From a candidate division FCPU426 bacterium (GTDB taxonomy: Bacteria > Oederibacteriota > JAAXVQ01 > JAUVAV01): DNA of 21,339 nt. The stretch spans positions 1 to 21,339 of the forward strand of contig DAOWGI010000118.1 in assembly GCA_030637655.1 (NCBI GenBank), read 5' to 3'. The notes beneath the pieces were generated by a model. That model was not told the origin of the DNA and ran no database searches. It was given only the letters and a program-made list of their open reading frames with translations. Shown piece after piece: positions 17,882 to 21,339 of this stretch. Both the position numbers and the translations under genes were made by a program. Position 1 is the first letter of the stretch, and each line of letters begins with the position of its first letter.

Positions 17882-18274
17882 TCACCCATAATCCGAATTC
17901 AAAATCTCTTTGATCCTTCTTTTCAGGTCCTCCAACTCAAAAGGCTTTGGCAAACACGCTGCCACGCCCAATCCGTTGGCATAGGCAATCAATTCCGGTG
18001 TCAACATGGAGGTGTATAAAATTATTTTAGGGTGGACATCATCCACGGACGCAGCTAGCAGCGCCCCTACGTTATTGATCCTCTTTATTAATTCCAATCC
18101 ACTCATCCCCGGCATATTCATATCCGTAATTACCAGATCAGGTTGAATTAACTCCATCAGCCCCAGCGCCTCTTCCCCAGACCGGGCAGTATGGACCGTG
18201 TACTCGTCTTCCAAAGCATGCTGCATAGCTTCGAGTAGGATATCGTAATCGTCGATGATGAGGATATTTGGCAT
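17882..18274 (-). CDS. Stand-alone CheY-like response regulator receiver protein
   Basis: ILIIDD acidic pocket, PDLVITDMNMPGMSG (phospho-Asp), IILYTS and LPKPF; no output domain. Start is ATG 18274 or TTG 18280. Confidence 0.93.
   Translation of the reverse strand: MPNILIIDDYDILLEAMQHALEDEYTVHTARSGEEALGLMELIQPDLVITDMNMPGMSGLELIKRINNVGALLAASVDDVHPKIILYTSMLTPELIAYANGLGVAACLPKPFELEDLKRRIKEILNSDYG
18047..18070. repeat. GTAG-type REP copy inside the receiver-domain gene
   Basis: GGACGCAGCTAGCAGCGCCCCTAC: an imperfect palindrome with the GCCCCTAC foot, encoding VGALLAAS. Confidence 0.7.
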
Positions 18275-18316
18275 GGGCAATCAAATAATTTCCTATTCTA
18301 ACCGACACTATTCCAT

Positions 18317-18333
18317 GTCGACTGCGAGTCAAC
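18317..18333. promoter_or_regulatory. Palindromic operator candidate GTCGACT-GCG-AGTCAAC
   Basis: GACT-N3-AGTC core lies in the short divergent gap between the receiver and XRE genes. Confidence 0.45.
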
Positions 18334-18358
18334 GTTAAACTATCAGAAAACTGCTACT

Positions 18359-18574
18359 ATGTCAAATATGAAAACGATCCATGAAAAACTCAGTAAAAAT
18401 ATCAAATATTTTCTCAAAAAGAACAAAATGACTATGGAAGCATTGTCATTTGAAATTGATATAAACAAAGCTCATGTTTCTCGCATTATTTCTTGCCAAA
18501 GACAAGCCAGCCTTGATGTGGTCCAAAAAATCGCAGATGTTTTTGAAGTAAAAGTTGATAGGATGTTTAAGTAG
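18359..18574 (+). CDS. XRE-family helix-turn-helix regulator (C-protein-like, 71 aa)
   Basis: NIKYFLKKNKMTMEALSFEIDINKAHVSRIISCQRQASLDVVQKIADVFEV fits the HTH_3 pattern. Confidence 0.88.
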   Translation: MSNMKTIHEKLSKNIKYFLKKNKMTMEALSFEIDINKAHVSRIISCQRQASLDVVQKIADVFEVKVDRMFK

Positions 18575-18844
18575 AGGGATTTTATAGGTTTGGTAACTTG
18601 TATCCGAAGAACGTTTCCTTTTACTTTAATGATCCATGATATATGGACAGCACCCGAATTGAAGAATAAGGACTTCCTTCGGTCGTAATCTCTGATGAAA
18701 TGCAAAAATCAGATTGCTGCCGAAGGCGTCCCTCTATATCTTTTCCGGTTGGGGCCGCGCTCCCATGGTCGCCCGCAATGACATCTTAGGGGTTTTACGA
18801 ACGGGAATTTACTGCCTGGCACCATCGTCCCTATATGCCGGCTA

Positions 18845-19090
18845 TTATAACTGAGCAACTTTGTGTAGAATCTCCGCAACAAAAGACTGATATTTAACTC
18901 CCAGCTTCCGGGCTTTTAATTTAATATTCTCTAGGTCTTGGCGATTAATCCGAATATTTAAAACCGCATCCTTGCGTCTGGCAGCAACCGCCTGCGCAAT
19001 AGCCTGATATTCAGACCCTTTGACAGGAACATAAGCATCCATCCTTGCTTCAATTTCTTTTTCCTCTTTTGACAATCGAACTCGCTTCAT
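18845..19090 (-). CDS. CopG/BrnA-like ribbon-helix-helix antitoxin
   Basis: KDAVLNIRINRQDLENIKLKARKLGVKYQSFVAEILHK. ATG 19090 overlaps the toxin stop codon (ATGA). Confidence 0.85.
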   Translation of the reverse strand: MKRVRLSKEEKEIEARMDAYVPVKGSEYQAIAQAVAARRKDAVLNIRINRQDLENIKLKARKLGVKYQSFVAEILHKVAQL

Positions 19091-19347
19091 TTCTTCTGCT
19101 CCCATAAATATTTACTCATTAGTTTACGACTAGGATAGATGGTTTTTAAAAATATACTATCCTCCGAAGTTATAAAAGGCACTGCCCATATATATCTTTG
19201 GTGCTTAAAAACCATAATCCTTTGATGCCTCTGCTTAGGATGTTCAAGAACATCAACCAATTCCGCTTGTATTATTTCCTCAAAAGAAACACCCCTTGTT
19301 TGCTTCAAGCGCTTGCTTTTCAAAAGGCTCCATTTAATTTCCAACAT
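19087..19347 (-). CDS. BrnT-like type II toxin (putative RNase)
   Basis: W...K...LKQTRGVSFEEI, HP, VPF and FLKTIYPSRK motifs; toxin gene precedes the antitoxin gene. Confidence 0.85.
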   Translation of the reverse strand: MLEIKWSLLKSKRLKQTRGVSFEEIIQAELVDVLEHPKQRHQRIMVFKHQRYIWAVPFITSEDSIFLKTIYPSRKLMSKYLWEQKK

Positions 19348-19626
19348 CCGGTCACTTTCCTTTGTATATACTATTGTATCACATTTTGCAATTTCAACAA
19401 CACCATTTTCCGATTGTAATCCTATATTTAAGTAGACAGATTATTTGGAAATTCCTTGCAGATTTTATTCTTTATTTCTTACAGTGATACGGGATACGGG
19501 ACGTAGTCCGTTTTACCTACATCTTCGGGCAAACACGGGGGGGGCTACGGCATCGGGCGTATGTACCCTGTCGGGCATCTCCGACAATTCGCCCCCACGT
19601 GTTTTTCATTACATAATGGACAAATA

Positions 19627-19785
19627 TCATTCCCCCGAACGCCATTTGAGGTCGCCGTCGGTTTTGTCTTTAAAGATAATTATAAAAAGTGCGCTGATGA
19701 CGATCATGTCCAAAAGGAACCGGACGATGGATTGCGGTGTTACCTGGTTATCAAAGAATCCATTACAGCATACCGAGGCGCCTGT
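19627..19785 (-). pseudogene. Possible 3' fragment of a small membrane protein gene
   Basis: Start-less frame ...NGFFDNQVTPQSIVRFLLDMIVISALFIIIFKDKTDGDLKWRSGE*: one TM helix followed by a KWR tail. Confidence 0.4.
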
Positions 19786-19796
19786 CTAACTTAGGC

Positions 19797-20513
19797 TTAT
19801 TTTTTCCCAACCGGCATTATATATAAAGGCTGCTCTTCATCCGGCAGATTCATAATCATCTTTACTTCATCATCTCTAAAAGCTCCAATCACTACAGTAG
19901 CGAGATTCAAAGCAGCGGCTTGTAAATAAATATTTTGCGCGGCATGGCCGACTTCCATGTGTACATAGCGAATGGCTCTTTTTCCATACTTGCGGCTGAC
20001 ACGTTCATAAACCGCGGAAAATACTATGACGATTGCGCCCTTTTTAACACAAGGCTGTCCCAGTGCGGCCCTGCATATTTGCGCTCTTTTATCCCCTTCT
20101 CCCACCATCTCCAGCTCATGCCCATAAGGTTTATACTTATAAATTCCAGCCGGAAGTTTACTCACATTTCCCACTACATAAACCTCAAGCGGATAGAGAG
20201 CTCCGGCAGAAGGAGCAGTCCGCAAGCCACTTGCATCCGTAACTCCCTGGGCGGCCCAGAGAAGCTGTGAAATCTCCGCCAGAGTTAATGGCTTGTTCAA
20301 ATAGTCTCTCACTGATCTTCTTTTAAGCAAAGCCTGCTCTACTGAGACAGGACTATCATATCTTGGTTCCGGCAGCTTAATTCTTTTGGCGGACGTGTTT
20401 TCAACAGACATGGTTACTCCTTTCGGACAGGTTTGTCGCGGAAATATAACAGACACGCCAAGTCCTAAGCCCATCACTATTATAGTCGTAATTATTACAG
20501 ATATTTTTTTCAT
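19797..20513 (-). CDS. SagB/ThcOx-family FMN nitroreductase-like oxidoreductase with N-terminal membrane anchor/signal
   Basis: LPEP...SVEQALLKRRSVRDY, SQLLWAAQG, RTAPSAGALYPLEVY, MEVGHAAQNIYLQA and IGAF motifs. GAGG RBS before ATG 20513. Confidence 0.92.
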   Translation of the reverse strand: MKKISVIITTIIVMGLGLGVSVIFPRQTCPKGVTMSVENTSAKRIKLPEPRYDSPVSVEQALLKRRSVRDYLNKPLTLAEISQLLWAAQGVTDASGLRTAPSAGALYPLEVYVVGNVSKLPAGIYKYKPYGHELEMVGEGDKRAQICRAALGQPCVKKGAIVIVFSAVYERVSRKYGKRAIRYVHMEVGHAAQNIYLQAAALNLATVVIGAFRDDEVKMIMNLPDEEQPLYIMPVGKK

Positions 20514-20659
20514 CTTATCACCTCGCAAGATTTATATCAGTGGTATAATGCCCCGATAAATACCTCAGGTTGAAATTCCGGGTAGTGGCGATACAGGACG
20601 TTCATACAAAAACCCACAGATCGCAGCGTTCAAACCAACAAATACAAATAATAAATCAT

Positions 20660-20760
20660 CCCCGCACTGAAGTGCGGAGTATTAAGGTAACCCTCACCCT
20701 TTATCCCTCTCCCTAAAATGGAGAGGGGATGCGGTATTCCCGGACTAAAGTCCGGGGAAT
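20660..20760. repeat. Cluster of short palindromes from other REP-like families
   Basis: CCGCACT-GA-AGTGCGG (20662-20677), CCCTCACCC..CCCTCTCC..GGAGAGGG (20691-20728) and CCCGGACT-AA-AGTCCGGG (20739-20756). Confidence 0.65.
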
Positions 20761-21075
20761 CCTTTAGTATATTGAACCAAGAATATTATGCAGTATTTTC
20801 ATAATTTGCTTTCTCCGGTTTTTACGATTTATTTACTTGCGTTGTTTTTTTTCAATTTTAAATTAGGAACTCCCGTTCTCCGGATAACCGGTTTACTCCA
20901 TCCCCACCCAGTCTCTTGCTTCCAACCAATCCCCCCAGCCTTTCAGGCCGATTTCCTTCGCCCCGACTAAAGTAAATGGGACTTCCTTCGGTCGCCGAAG
21001 AGGCGTTTTTTTACTTTCCCTCTTCCCACGGAATTTGTCAATTCTATTGTTGTGTTTTGTGGGCATATGATTTTT

Positions 21076-21168
21076 GTAGGGAACGATCGCAACCGAAGGG
21101 AATCCCATTCGTAGGGAACGGTCGCGACCGTTCCCTACAGCTATTCCGATTGGGGGACCGTTCCCTAC
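21076..21168. repeat. GTAG-bounded perfect 28-bp palindrome (21111-21138) with two partial copies
   Basis: GTAGGGAACGGTCG|CGACCGTTCCCTAC; partial copies at 21076-21094 and 21156-21168. Confidence 0.85.
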
Positions 21169-21201
21169 AATTCATGATTTTTCATAATCGAGGGTATTGT
21201 C

Positions 21202-21339
21202 TGATCAGCGTCAATTATATTTTCCCTCTAACGATAATTAAAATTTCCGGTTTTTAGATGCTGCAATTACCCCCTTTCCTTGATTTTTCGATCTTTGGCC
21301 GTGGTCATGCGATAACTGGGTATATTAAGCTCAAGAATA
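21202..21339 (-). mobile_element. Right end of an IS21-family element
   Basis: The istB-like tail is followed by two imperfect subterminal repeats (GGAAATTTTAATTATCGTT / GGAAAATATAATTGACGCT) and a terminal ...GATCA-3'. Confidence 0.72.
21267..21338 (-). CDS. istB: IS21 helper ATPase IstB, C-terminal fragment (runs off window end)
   Basis: ILELNIPSYRMTTAKDRKIKERG* matches the IstB C-terminal I.E.N..SYR motif; only 23 aa are visible. Confidence 0.68.
   Translation of the reverse strand: MLELNIPSYRMTTAKDRKIKERG

Noticed and set aside
19797-20513. SagB-like gene as evidence of an azole RiPP cluster
   Set aside because: No YcaO, precursor peptide or transporter is nearby; stand-alone members of this family are common.
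20788-21257. Short ORFs 20788..20970, 20893..21108 and 20976..21257
   Set aside because: They are built largely from palindromic repeats and IS end sequence, with no recognisable domain.
1-21339. Composite transposon bounded by the terminal IS elements
   Set aside because: The ends belong to different families (IS3 and IS21). More likely these are assembly breaks at repeated elements.

Overview
Bacterial accessory region, bounded by a partial IS3-family element on the left and a partial IS21-family element (istB tail plus terminal repeat) on the right. It is dominated by a 13.7-kb giant gene (4552 aa, - strand) with an exported N-terminal HxQDxH/EG/GGFH domain, an internal ~5-kb duplication and membrane segments. 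Most notable is a complete IS110-family element (1094-2453). It is inserted into the CTAC foot of a GTAG-type REP palindrome. Its upstream non-coding end carries a bridge-RNA-like double loop with 8-nt segments matching both the REP target and the element's own donor junction, and circularisation would reconstitute a TTGACA-18-TAGAAT promoter. Other genes: an IS3-truncated secreted protein, a lipoprotein, a small beta-barrel-like protein, a stand-alone receiver domain carrying an in-frame REP insertion, an XRE/C-protein-like regulator, a BrnT-like toxin-antitoxin pair and a SagB/ThcOx-type nitroreductase. Several families of REP-like palindromes are also present. All calls are from reading the sequence by eye; no searches were run.
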